DNA of 39,239 nucleotides from Chloroflexota bacterium (GTDB lineage: Bacteria > Chloroflexota > Limnocylindria > P2-11E). Location of the stretch: positions 1-39,239 of the forward strand of contig JAXDLF010000024.1 of NCBI GenBank assembly GCA_034666765.1, in the 5' to 3' direction. The translations under genes and the position numbers were made by a program. Within the stretch, counting starts at the first letter, position 1, and each line of letters opens with the position of its first letter. The notes beneath the pieces are model-generated. The model saw nothing but the letters and a program-made list of their open reading frames with translations, was not told the DNA's origin and did not search any database. Of this stretch, positions 8,039 through 16,352 are shown piece by piece.

Positions 8039-8862
8039 TGGCCGCCGTCGAGACGTCCATCGCCTCGCATCAGCGGAAGCTGCGCAACGCGCATCGCGTC
8101 CGCAACGCCGGTCAGCTCGTGAAGCTCATCGACGCGCTCGGCTTCGCGTTCGCGTTCACGCTGCGCACCGGCGACGCGCCGATCCCCGCCTGCTTCGATC
8201 ACCTCTCGACCAGCGACGAGGGCCGCAAGTGGGGCTGGATGTGGGGGTGGAAGGACGAGCTCGCCGAGGAGAAGAAGCTGTACTACGGGACGCTGCTCGC
8301 GCGGAAGCCGACGTTCGTCTCGCTGAAGCTGCTGCCCACCTTCTACGCGACGTTCGGCCGGGCCGGCGAACCCGACGATCACGCCGACGACGTGCGCGCC
8401 GGCCGCCTGTCGGACGTGGGGCGCCGGATCATCGACTTTCTCGCGCAGAACGGCGAGACCCAAACCAAGCGGATGCGCGCGGAGCTCGGCATCACGTCGA
8501 AGGAGGGGCGCGCGGCCTACGGCAAGGCCATCGACGAGGTGCAGCGGCTGATGTACGTGGCGCGGGTGCGGGCCGTCGGCGAGGGGCGCGAGGACTACAA
8601 CTACACGTACGACCTCTTCCTCCGTCGCTACCCCGAGACGGTGAAGGCGGCGGAACGGCTCTCGTCGGCCGATGCCACGGCGTCGCTCGTCACGCGCACG
8701 CTCGAGCTCGCCGGCGCCGTCACCGAGAAGCAGCTCCTCCGGTTGTTCGACTGGGACGAGGCCCTCGCGCGCCGCGCGATCGCGAGCGCCGAGGCGGGCA
8801 AGACGCTCGTCCGGGTGAACGGGTCGCTCGTCCTACCGGCGCTTTACGATGGCCGTCCCTGA
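8038..8862 (+). CDS. Winged-helix protein, AlkZ/YcaQ-related (short form), tentative
   Basis: 274 aa. WGWKDELAEEKKLYYGTLLARKPTFVSLKLLPTFYA and wHTH-like IIDFLAQNGETQTKRMRAELGI resemble AlkZ-related proteins, from memory of the family and not searched. Both ends are TGATG-coupled. Confidence 0.55.
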   Translation: MAAVETSIASHQRKLRNAHRVRNAGQLVKLIDALGFAFAFTLRTGDAPIPACFDHLSTSDEGRKWGWMWGWKDELAEEKKLYYGTLLARKPTFVSLKLLPTFYATFGRAGEPDDHADDVRAGRLSDVGRRIIDFLAQNGETQTKRMRAELGITSKEGRAAYGKAIDEVQRLMYVARVRAVGEGREDYNYTYDLFLRRYPETVKAAERLSSADATASLVTRTLELAGAVTEKQLLRLFDWDEALARRAIASAEAGKTLVRVNGSLVLPALYDGRP

Positions 8863-11633
8863 TGGACATGCACCAGCTCCGCTCGTGGATCTTCGAGCTC
8901 TACGAGCCGCTCGAGGACGAGCGCCAGTACATCGTCTTCGACGGCGCACGCGGCAACCTGCTCGTCGACGCCCCGGCCTTCAGCGAGCGCGCGCTCCGGC
9001 TCATCCGCGGCGCCGGCCCGTCGTCCGTGCTGCTCATCACGAACGGTGCGCGCGGGGCCGACGCCGCCCGGTACCGTGACGCGCTCGGCGTGCAGATCGC
9101 GGCACACGAGGACGACGCGAGCTCCATCCCGGGCGGCGCCGATCTCGTGCTCAAGACCGACGAGCTGGTCCGCCCGGACGCCCGCGTGATCCGCGTCGGT
9201 GACGATGGCGACGGCGCCACGGTCATGCTCGGCCGCAAGGCCGGGGGCGTGCTGTTCTGCGGCGACCTCGATCTCGGGAGCGATGCGGCGCGCGCGCTCC
9301 TGAAGCTGCAGTTCTCCTCGGTCCTCTCGGCCCGGCGCCCGCCGATGTGGAACGCCGGCCGCGACACGCTCCTGCTGCTGCAGCGCGAGCTGCCGCAGCC
9401 GAACAAACGATTCGGCATCCTGCTGCAGGCGCCGTGGGACCGCGCGCACAAGGGCCGTCTCGAGGACCAGATGAAGCCGAATCCGCTCATCGTCCCCGCG
9501 GACGAGACCGCCGCGCGCGAGGCCGGGATGGGGACCGAGACGCTGGTCGTCGCCCAGCAGGTGCGAGCCCGCACCGAGACCGCGCCGCGCCCGGTGCGGA
9601 CGGCCGCCGCGGCGAAGGAGGCATCCGCGGACGCCGCCGCCGGCCGCGGCGAGAAGCAGAGCGTCCGGCCGCGCAGCTTCGCCGAGGATTGGACGGCGGA
9701 GCGCACGGTCTCGCCCGCGACCACCGTCGCGAACCCGCCCGCGGATCTCGTGGCGGCCCCGGTGCGCTTCCGGCCGGTGCCGCTCGGCGACGGATTCCGG
9801 CGGCTCGATGCCGAGCTCCTCGGCGGCTTGCCGAGCGTCGACTTCGCCTGGGGCGGCATCGACCTCTCACCGGATGGGTCCGAGGTCGCGTTCTCGTGGA
9901 ACCGCACCGGCGCGTATGAGGTCTACTCGACGCCGATCGCGGGCGACACGATCATCCAGCTCACCGAGTCGGACACCCGCAGCGTGTCGCCACGCTGGTC
10001 ACCCGACGGATCGCAGATCGCGTTCACCCGCGACGACGCCGGCAACGAGCGGATGTCCATCTGGCTCGTCGATCGCGACGGCGAGCACGAGCGCAAGCTC
10101 ACCTCCGATGACGACGCGATGCATCGGGATATCGCCTGGTCGCCGGACGGCCGGTCCATCGCGTGCGTCGCGAACATCCACGGCAAGCGCTTCAGCGTCC
10201 AGCGCATCGACGCCGCGACCGGCGCGCGCACCGAGCTGACCGACGGCAGCTACGAGGACGCGCGGCCACGCTTCTCGCCGGACGGCACGTGGATCCTGTT
10301 CGAATCCTGGCGGACCGGCGCCCGGATCGAGGCGGACCTGTACCTGATGCCGGCCGCCGGTGGCGAGGCGGTGCGGCTCGACACGCGCGAGGGCCGGAGT
10401 GGCGACTCGCAGTTCGCGCGATGGTCGCCCGACGGACGCACCATCGCGTTCACCTCGAGCGCGCGCGGCCGGCGCGAGGTCGCGCTCGTCGATCTCGACG
10501 GGACGGTGGCGACACGTCTGCGGTACCTGACCGAGAACCCGTTCGACGAGCAGAGCCCGGTCTGGCGGCCCGATGCCCGTGGCGTCCTGTACCTGCAGGA
10601 CAAGGACGCGAGCCGCGCGGTCCACCGGGTCTTCGCGGTCTCACGCGCGGCGACGCCCGTGGCCGACCTCCCGGGGATGTACGAGTGGCCGCGCGTCGGG
10701 CCCGACAGCGAGACGATCGCGATGACGTTCACCTCGGCGCGCCGGCCGGCCGACGTGTGGGTGCGCGACGGCGATCAGGTCACGATGCGCCAGCTGACCG
10801 ACTCGCTCGGTGGCAAGATCGATCCGCGCGTGCTCGTCGAGCCGGCGCACGTGCGCTACCGGGGCGCCGACGGCCGCGAGGTGCCCGCGCTGCTCTACAT
10901 CCCGCACGCCGAGGCGGTGCGCGCGGCCACGCCGGGCGCGGTGCTCTACGTCCACGGCGGCCCGACCGGCCAGCACTTCCGGTCGTGGGATCCGACGCCC
11001 CAGCTCCTCGCGAACCGGGGCCTCGTCGTGCTCGCGCCCAACGTGCGCGGCTCGACCGGCTATGGCCGCGAGTGGCAGGAGCTGAACCGTCGCGACTGGG
11101 GCGGGGGCGACCTGGCCGACGTGATCGCCGGCGCGGACTGGCTGGTGAAGGAAGGCATCGCCGATCCGAAGCGCATCGGGATCACCGGCGGCAGCTACGG
11201 CGGCTTCATGACCCTGTACGCGCTCGCGCGCCATCCCGAGCGGTTCGCGGCGGGCGTCTCGATCGTCGGAGTGGTGTCGTGGAAGAACCTGTTCGACACG
11301 ACCCGCGGGGACCTGCGGGAGTACCTCATCCGCGAGCTCGGTGATGCCGCGAAGGACCCCCAGCTGTACGTCGATCGATCGCCGATCACGCACGCGAAGA
11401 ACATTCGCGCGGCGCTCCTCGTGCTGCAGGGTGCCAACGACCCGCGCGTGCCGAAGAGCGAGGCGCTGCAGATCGTCGAGGCACTGAAGGCGAACGGCGC
11501 GCCCCACGAGTACCACGAGTACGCGAACGAGGGCCACGGCTTCGCCCGCGCCGAGAACCGCATCGATGCGCTGCAACGGACCGCGGACTGGCTGACGAAG
11601 TACCTGACCCCGCTGATGGACCGCTACCTCTAG
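8862..11633 (+). CDS. Fusion protein: decayed MBL-fold domain + PD40/TolB-type beta-propeller + S9 prolyl-oligopeptidase-family serine peptidase
   Basis: ATG 8862 overlaps the preceding TGA. PD40-like repeats (SPDGSEVAF, SPDGSQIAF, SPDGRSIA, SPDGTWILF, SPDGRTIAF). S9 triad context GGSYGGFMT, QGANDPRVP, EGHGF. N-terminal 190 aa follow MBL topology but lack the HxHxDH motif. Confidence 0.9.
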   Translation: MDMHQLRSWIFELYEPLEDERQYIVFDGARGNLLVDAPAFSERALRLIRGAGPSSVLLITNGARGADAARYRDALGVQIAAHEDDASSIPGGADLVLKTDELVRPDARVIRVGDDGDGATVMLGRKAGGVLFCGDLDLGSDAARALLKLQFSSVLSARRPPMWNAGRDTLLLLQRELPQPNKRFGILLQAPWDRAHKGRLEDQMKPNPLIVPADETAAREAGMGTETLVVAQQVRARTETAPRPVRTAAAAKEASADAAAGRGEKQSVRPRSFAEDWTAERTVSPATTVANPPADLVAAPVRFRPVPLGDGFRRLDAELLGGLPSVDFAWGGIDLSPDGSEVAFSWNRTGAYEVYSTPIAGDTIIQLTESDTRSVSPRWSPDGSQIAFTRDDAGNERMSIWLVDRDGEHERKLTSDDDAMHRDIAWSPDGRSIACVANIHGKRFSVQRIDAATGARTELTDGSYEDARPRFSPDGTWILFESWRTGARIEADLYLMPAAGGEAVRLDTREGRSGDSQFARWSPDGRTIAFTSSARGRREVALVDLDGTVATRLRYLTENPFDEQSPVWRPDARGVLYLQDKDASRAVHRVFAVSRAATPVADLPGMYEWPRVGPDSETIAMTFTSARRPADVWVRDGDQVTMRQLTDSLGGKIDPRVLVEPAHVRYRGADGREVPALLYIPHAEAVRAATPGAVLYVHGGPTGQHFRSWDPTPQLLANRGLVVLAPNVRGSTGYGREWQELNRRDWGGGDLADVIAGADWLVKEGIADPKRIGITGGSYGGFMTLYALARHPERFAAGVSIVGVVSWKNLFDTTRGDLREYLIRELGDAAKDPQLYVDRSPITHAKNIRAALLVLQGANDPRVPKSEALQIVEALKANGAPHEYHEYANEGHGFARAENRIDALQRTADWLTKYLTPLMDRYL

Positions 11634-11639
11634 CTGAGG

Positions 11640-14600
11640 TCACACCGCGGCGGGGATCGGCTCCAGGGTCCCGAGCAAGGCCTTCGCTGTCGACCGCTCC
11701 GCGTATGCCCGCACCTCGGCGCGCTCGGCCGCGGCGTCGTCGAGCCGGCGAAGCGCGGCAAGGGCGCGGGCGTGATCGGCCATCGCGACCATGCGCTCGT
11801 ACTCGAGATTCAGCGTGGCGAAGGCCTGCATCGTGTCGAAGAACAGCTTCTCCGCCATCACGTGCTCGCCGCGGCGCAGGGCGCGAAGTCCCTGGCCCTG
11901 CGTCAGCAGCGCCTTTCCGCGCGCGTACGCCGTGCGCTCGATGAGCGAGGCGATGCGCTCGTCGTTCGAATCGTCCTCGATGCCCCAGCGTGCCGCGGCC
12001 ACGGCCATCACCGGGCCCCAGATCGTGCGGTCGAGGATCCCGCTCGGCACGCCCGCGCTCCGTGCGGCCTGATACGCGCTCTCGCTCTGGCGCCAGCCGT
12101 ACACCGCCGCGAGCAGCTCGGCCGACGCGACGTCCGCTGGGCTCGGTTCGCTCTCGGCGAGCCGGTCACGGAACCGCTGCTCCTCGGTCGCGTTCTCGAG
12201 CGCGGCGGCCGCGGCCATGCCGAACGCGAGCAGTGACTTCCAGTTGGGGTCGACGTGGGGGAGGTCGAACGCCGGCGAGCCGCTCACGGTGGCGACCGTG
12301 CCGCCGAAGTCTCCGCTGACGAGCCGCGCGCCCGCCCCGAGGACGAGCGCGTAGCCGCCCAGGCGCGGCTTCTCCGTCGCCTGGGCGATCTCGCCCGCGA
12401 GGCGGGCGTGCTCGATGGCCTCGTCGAGATTGCCCAGGACCACGGCGCTCGCGCTGACCATGTTGTGCGCGTCGATGAGCTCGTCACTGTCCTGGAGGGA
12501 CTGCGCGATCGGGATGCGGCGCTGGTTCGCGGCGTACGCGTCGCGGAACCGGCCCAGCGAGCGATACGCGTAGCCGATGGCGTCGAGGCACAGGGACACC
12601 TCGCGCAGCAGCCCGAGCTCCTCCGCGATCTCGAGGGCCTCCTCGGCGGTCCGCAGGGCCACCTGCCAGTCGCCATCGGTGGCGCGCGCGAGCTTCCGCG
12701 GCGCGAACGCGCGCGCCGCCAGCAGCCGGACCCGCTCGGGCGACGGCTCGTCTCCGACCAGATCGAGTCCGCGGGCGATGAGGCCCTCGAGGTCCGGATG
12801 CTTCGCGTCCCAGCGTGTCGCGAGCTCGGCCAGGTGCGCGTACACGGTCGCGATCTGGGAGCGGTCCTGGTCGGGCCTCGACTCGAGGAGGATGCGGGCC
12901 CGCTCGTACGCCGCGAGAGCCGCGTCGCCCTCGCCGTTGTAGCGGCGGATGCGCCCGACGAGGTACAGCGCCTCGACGGCATGGTCGACGTCGCCGAGCT
13001 TCTCGTACAGCTCGACGGCCTGCTCGGCGAAGCGCACGGCCTCGACATGGGCGTGGATGCTCATCGCCCGCTGCGCGGCCTTCCACGAGTACCCGGCCGC
13101 CTTGTCCGGCACCTCGCCGAGGAGGTAGTGATGAGCGAGGGCGGGGTAGAAGTCGCGGATCTCGTTCGCCAGGACGTTCTCGATCGAGAGCGCGACCCGG
13201 CGATGCAGCTCCGTCCTCCGGCGGACGAGGAGCGTGTTGTACGCGACCTCCTGGGTCACCGCGTGCTTGAACCGGAACCGTCCCTCCCGGCGCTCGCCGG
13301 GCGCGCCCTCGACCACGAGGTCCGCGGCGATGAGGATGTCGACCGCGTCGGCGAGCCGCTCGCCGCCGGCGGCGCGCAGGACCCGGTCGCCGAAGCGCTG
13401 CCCGATGACCGACGCGAGCTGGATGCACTCCTTCGCGAGCGGGGGTAGCCGGTCGATGCGCGCCGCGACCACGGCGTGCAGCGTGGCCGGCACGTCGAGC
13501 GCGGCGGCGCGTTCGCGCAGCACCCAGTCGCCCTTCTCGTCGCGCGCGATCGCGCCCGAGTCCACCAGCGCGCGGATCGACTCCTCGATGAAGAACGGGT
13601 TGCCGCCGGCGCGGGCGACGATGCGATCGCGGAGCTCGGCCGGCGCCCACTCGAGCGTCGATTCGACGATCCGCGCGGCCTCCTCGTCCGTGAGCGGCTC
13701 GAGGACCATCTGGGTGAAGTTCGTGCGCGACGGCTTCGGCTGGCCGCCGGCGCCGATCCGCTGGGCGAGCAGGATCAGGAGGGGGACGCGCGCGCCGCGC
13801 GACGCGAGGAACCACAGCAGGTCGAGCGAGGCCGAGTCCGCGTAGTGGAGATCCTCGAGCACGTAGAGGAGCGGCCGGGTCCGGGCGAGGGCCCCGAGGA
13901 TGTCGAAGATGATCAGGTACATCCCGCGCTTCCACTCGTCGGACTCGCTCGTCGCCTCGTCCGCGCCGGGCAGGTGGAGGAACTGCGCGAGGATCGGGCT
14001 CGTCACGGCGGGGTTCGTGAATCCGAGCTCGGACAGCTGCGCGGTCAGCCGATCGCGCGCGTCGGGCGCGGTGGGATCGATCTTGAGCTCGACCAGGAGC
14101 GGCTCGATGAATCCGGCGTAGCTCCGCTGGTTCACGCGAGAGAACGTCCAGCGCAGCACCCGGGGCGCGTCGTTTGCCGCGGCACCGTCGTCCGCGGTGA
14201 CCAGGCCGATGAACTCCGAGACGAGCCGGCTCTTGCCGATCCCGGGCTCGCCCGCGATGAGGACGACCTCGGTGCGCCCGATGCGCGCCGATTGATACGC
14301 GAGGTCGAGGCGGGAGAGCTCCATCCAGCGGCCGACGAGCGGCGCGTTGAGCTCGATGGCGACCCGGATGTCCGATCGCTCGCCGGTGAGCGCGTACGCG
14401 AGGACCGGCTTCTCCTTGCCCTTCATCTCGATCGGGCCCACCTCGCGGAAGGTGAACTCGCGATTCGTGAGCCGGAAGGTCGCCTGCGTGACGTACGTCT
14501 CGCCGGGTGGCGCGGCCTCCTGGAGCCGGGACGCCGTGTTCACCGTGTCGCCCATCACGCCGTACTCGGAGACCGAGCGCACGTTGCCGGCGACCACCAT

Positions 14601-14954
14601 GCCGGTGTGGACACCGATGCGGAGCCCCAGCTCGATGCCCCGCTCGTTCTTCGCGCGTACGGCGTGCTCGGCGAAGACCCGGTGCATCGCGAGCGCCGTG
14701 CGGAGGGCCCGCTGGGGGTCGTCCTCATGCGCGATCGGCGCGCCGAAGATGACGAAGATCGCGTCCCCGATGAACTTCTCGATCGTTCCGTCGTACGTGA
14801 TCGCCTGCTCGGCGAGATCCTCGAAGATCCCGGAGACGAGCTCCTGCAGGACCTCGGCGTCGAGCTCCTCCGCGAGGGTCGTGAACCCGACGAAGTCCGC
14901 GAACAGGACCGTGACCAGCCGCCGCTCCTGGCCGAACTGGACCGCTTCGCTCAC
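11640..14954 (-). CDS. Class III adenylate/guanylate cyclase domain fused to STAND-type P-loop ATPase and TPR array
   Basis: Cyclase motifs VLFADFVGFT, EKFIGDAIF, GDTVNTASRLQ. Walker A GEPGIGKS at 14229-14252. Long helical TPR-like C-terminus and no HTH at the end. GTG start. Confidence 0.9.
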   Translation of the reverse strand: MSEAVQFGQERRLVTVLFADFVGFTTLAEELDAEVLQELVSGIFEDLAEQAITYDGTIEKFIGDAIFVIFGAPIAHEDDPQRALRTALAMHRVFAEHAVRAKNERGIELGLRIGVHTGMVVAGNVRSVSEYGVMGDTVNTASRLQEAAPPGETYVTQATFRLTNREFTFREVGPIEMKGKEKPVLAYALTGERSDIRVAIELNAPLVGRWMELSRLDLAYQSARIGRTEVVLIAGEPGIGKSRLVSEFIGLVTADDGAAANDAPRVLRWTFSRVNQRSYAGFIEPLLVELKIDPTAPDARDRLTAQLSELGFTNPAVTSPILAQFLHLPGADEATSESDEWKRGMYLIIFDILGALARTRPLLYVLEDLHYADSASLDLLWFLASRGARVPLLILLAQRIGAGGQPKPSRTNFTQMVLEPLTDEEAARIVESTLEWAPAELRDRIVARAGGNPFFIEESIRALVDSGAIARDEKGDWVLRERAAALDVPATLHAVVAARIDRLPPLAKECIQLASVIGQRFGDRVLRAAGGERLADAVDILIAADLVVEGAPGERREGRFRFKHAVTQEVAYNTLLVRRRTELHRRVALSIENVLANEIRDFYPALAHHYLLGEVPDKAAGYSWKAAQRAMSIHAHVEAVRFAEQAVELYEKLGDVDHAVEALYLVGRIRRYNGEGDAALAAYERARILLESRPDQDRSQIATVYAHLAELATRWDAKHPDLEGLIARGLDLVGDEPSPERVRLLAARAFAPRKLARATDGDWQVALRTAEEALEIAEELGLLREVSLCLDAIGYAYRSLGRFRDAYAANQRRIPIAQSLQDSDELIDAHNMVSASAVVLGNLDEAIEHARLAGEIAQATEKPRLGGYALVLGAGARLVSGDFGGTVATVSGSPAFDLPHVDPNWKSLLAFGMAAAAALENATEEQRFRDRLAESEPSPADVASAELLAAVYGWRQSESAYQAARSAGVPSGILDRTIWGPVMAVAAARWGIEDDSNDERIASLIERTAYARGKALLTQGQGLRALRRGEHVMAEKLFFDTMQAFATLNLEYERMVAMADHARALAALRRLDDAAAERAEVRAYAERSTAKALLGTLEPIPAAV

Positions 14955-14978
14955 GCGGCTAAGTGTGGGCCAGGGACA

Positions 14979-15008
14979 GCAGGAGAGCCCCCGAAGGGGC
15001 CCTCCTGC
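14979..15008 (-). terminator. GC-rich hairpin downstream of the surface-protein gene (I-shaped terminator candidate)
   Basis: Minus strand reads GCAGGAGGGCCCC-TTCG-GGGGCTCTCCTGC: a 13-bp stem with one mismatch and a TTCG tetraloop, 31 nt after the stop. No U-tract. Confidence 0.5.
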
Positions 15009-15038
15009 GCAAGGCTCGGCGTTCGGGCGAACGCGGGG

Positions 15039-16103
15039 CTAGACCTGCGTGTCGCGGCGGCGGAGGAGCGCCCCGCCGAGGCCCATCATCGCGAGACCGA
15101 GCAGGGCGAGCGGGATCGCCGGGGTGCTGGTGTCGGTGCTGGTCGACGGGAGGCTCGCCACGCCCGCGACCGGCGAGGTCTGGGCACCCTGGACGGTGGT
15201 CGGGGGAAGCTGGGCCGAGCCACCGGGGAGCTCGATGATCGGGACGACCGCGCCGACGGCGTTGGTCGGCGGGGTCTGGATCCCGAGAACGGCGTTGTTC
15301 GTGTTCGTGGGGTTGGTGTTCGTATTCGTGGTACCGGTGGTGACGGTCGTGGTGACGCACGACGTCGTGCCGCCGTTCACGCCGGCGATGAGCCGGTCAC
15401 CGTAGAAGTTGTTGGAGCCGGCAGGGCCGAGGTGGGTGATCACCGCGCCCCGGACGAAGTCGACCTGGAAGAAGCAGCTCGGGACCTTGACCGACCAGGT
15501 GAACGTCCCGTTGGTCAAGGTGCCGGTCTTCGTGTCGAAGACCTCCTGGCTCGACGCGGTGTCGGTCGAGAAGGTGGCCGCAGGAGCGGTGTACGAGACG
15601 AGGCTCAGCTCCTTGCCGGTGCAGCCGTTGCTCAGGGTGAACGTCACGGTGGCGGTGCCACCCTGCGTCGCGCCGGAGATCGCGCTGTGACTGGTCATGG
15701 TCGCCGTGCCGCTGCACTGCGTCCCGGCCACGGTTCCCGTGCCGTTGCACAGCGTGGTGTTGGCGGACGCGCGCGTCTTCACCGAGTGGTCGCTCGACCA
15801 GCGGACCCACAGGGTCGTCCCGCCGCGAGCCGTGGTGAACGCGTGCGTGCCCGCGCTCCCGAAGTCGGTCGTCGTCGCGCCGGTGAACGAGCTGTTGAAG
15901 GCCATGTCCACCTTGAAGTTCTTCTCCTGCGGCAACGTGATCGACCAGCCGAGCTGGGTGCCGCTCGGGGCGCAGACCGCCCGAAGGGTCGGCGCGCTCC
16001 ACGCACCCGCCTCGGCCGAGAACGTGAAGAAGGACAGCACGAGCGTCGCGATGAGTCCCGCTGCCACGCGGGTCGCCAGTCCGCGCATCGAAGCCTTGCG
16101 CAT
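15039..16103 (-). CDS. Secreted Thr/Gly-rich cell-surface protein with C-terminal tripartite sorting signal
   Basis: ATG 16103 preceded by AAGGGAGAG. Signal peptide MRKASMRGLATRVAAGLIATLVLSFFTFSAEAGA. TN-rich linker. C-terminus LPSTS...hydrophobic helix...RRRD. Confidence 0.8.
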   Translation of the reverse strand: MRKASMRGLATRVAAGLIATLVLSFFTFSAEAGAWSAPTLRAVCAPSGTQLGWSITLPQEKNFKVDMAFNSSFTGATTTDFGSAGTHAFTTARGGTTLWVRWSSDHSVKTRASANTTLCNGTGTVAGTQCSGTATMTSHSAISGATQGGTATVTFTLSNGCTGKELSLVSYTAPAATFSTDTASSQEVFDTKTGTLTNGTFTWSVKVPSCFFQVDFVRGAVITHLGPAGSNNFYGDRLIAGVNGGTTSCVTTTVTTGTTNTNTNPTNTNNAVLGIQTPPTNAVGAVVPIIELPGGSAQLPPTTVQGAQTSPVAGVASLPSTSTDTSTPAIPLALLGLAMMGLGGALLRRRDTQV

Positions 16104-16327
16104 GTCTTGCTCTCCCTTGGCCTTTCTGCCCGGTGACCGGGCGTGTATGCCCTCACGGAAGCAACCCGCCTTCCGGGCGCGCCGCAGTTCGGTAACGGCG
16201 GACGCACGGATCCGCATGAACTCCGCAACTCGCGGCCGGCCGGCGAGCCCATTTGCGGTGTCGGTACGCGCCCGTTGCGTCGCCGACAAGGCGACACCCG
16301 CACGCAGCCTCAATCTCAGCCTCTACC

Positions 16328-16343
16328 TACCGGTCGGTATACT
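16328..16343 (+). promoter_or_regulatory. Candidate TetR operator (TACCG-gt-CGGTA) overlapping a TATACT -10 box
   Basis: Inverted repeat at 16328-16339. TATACT at 16338-16343 lies 9 nt upstream of the TetR GTG (16353), implying a leaderless or near-leaderless mRNA. Confidence 0.3.
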
Positions 16344-16352
16344 GGCCAGGAC

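Noticed and set aside
7794-8861. N-terminal 356 codons of the 1279-aa ORF 7794-11633
   Set aside because: Arg/Pro/Ala-rich and overlapping two better genes in other frames (7622-8038, 8038-8862). ATG 8862 in a TGATG junction begins the recognisable MBL-like domain.
11640-14954. Cyclase as a Pycsar/CBASS-type antiphage signalling enzyme
   Set aside because: There is no adjacent effector (TIR, TM, nuclease, patatin) and no CD-NTase fold. The cyclase is fused to its own STAND sensor like chromosomal mycobacterial-type cyclases, and the flanks are housekeeping genes with no mobile-element hallmarks.
13476-16136. 886-aa plus-strand ORF spanning the cyclase-STAND and surface-protein genes
   Set aside because: Low-complexity Arg/Gly/Glu-rich translation crossing a terminator and two well-supported minus-strand genes. 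The same reasoning rejects 23165-25060(+), 28552-30012(+), 32911-34917(+), 33011-34945(-) and 20541-21890(+).
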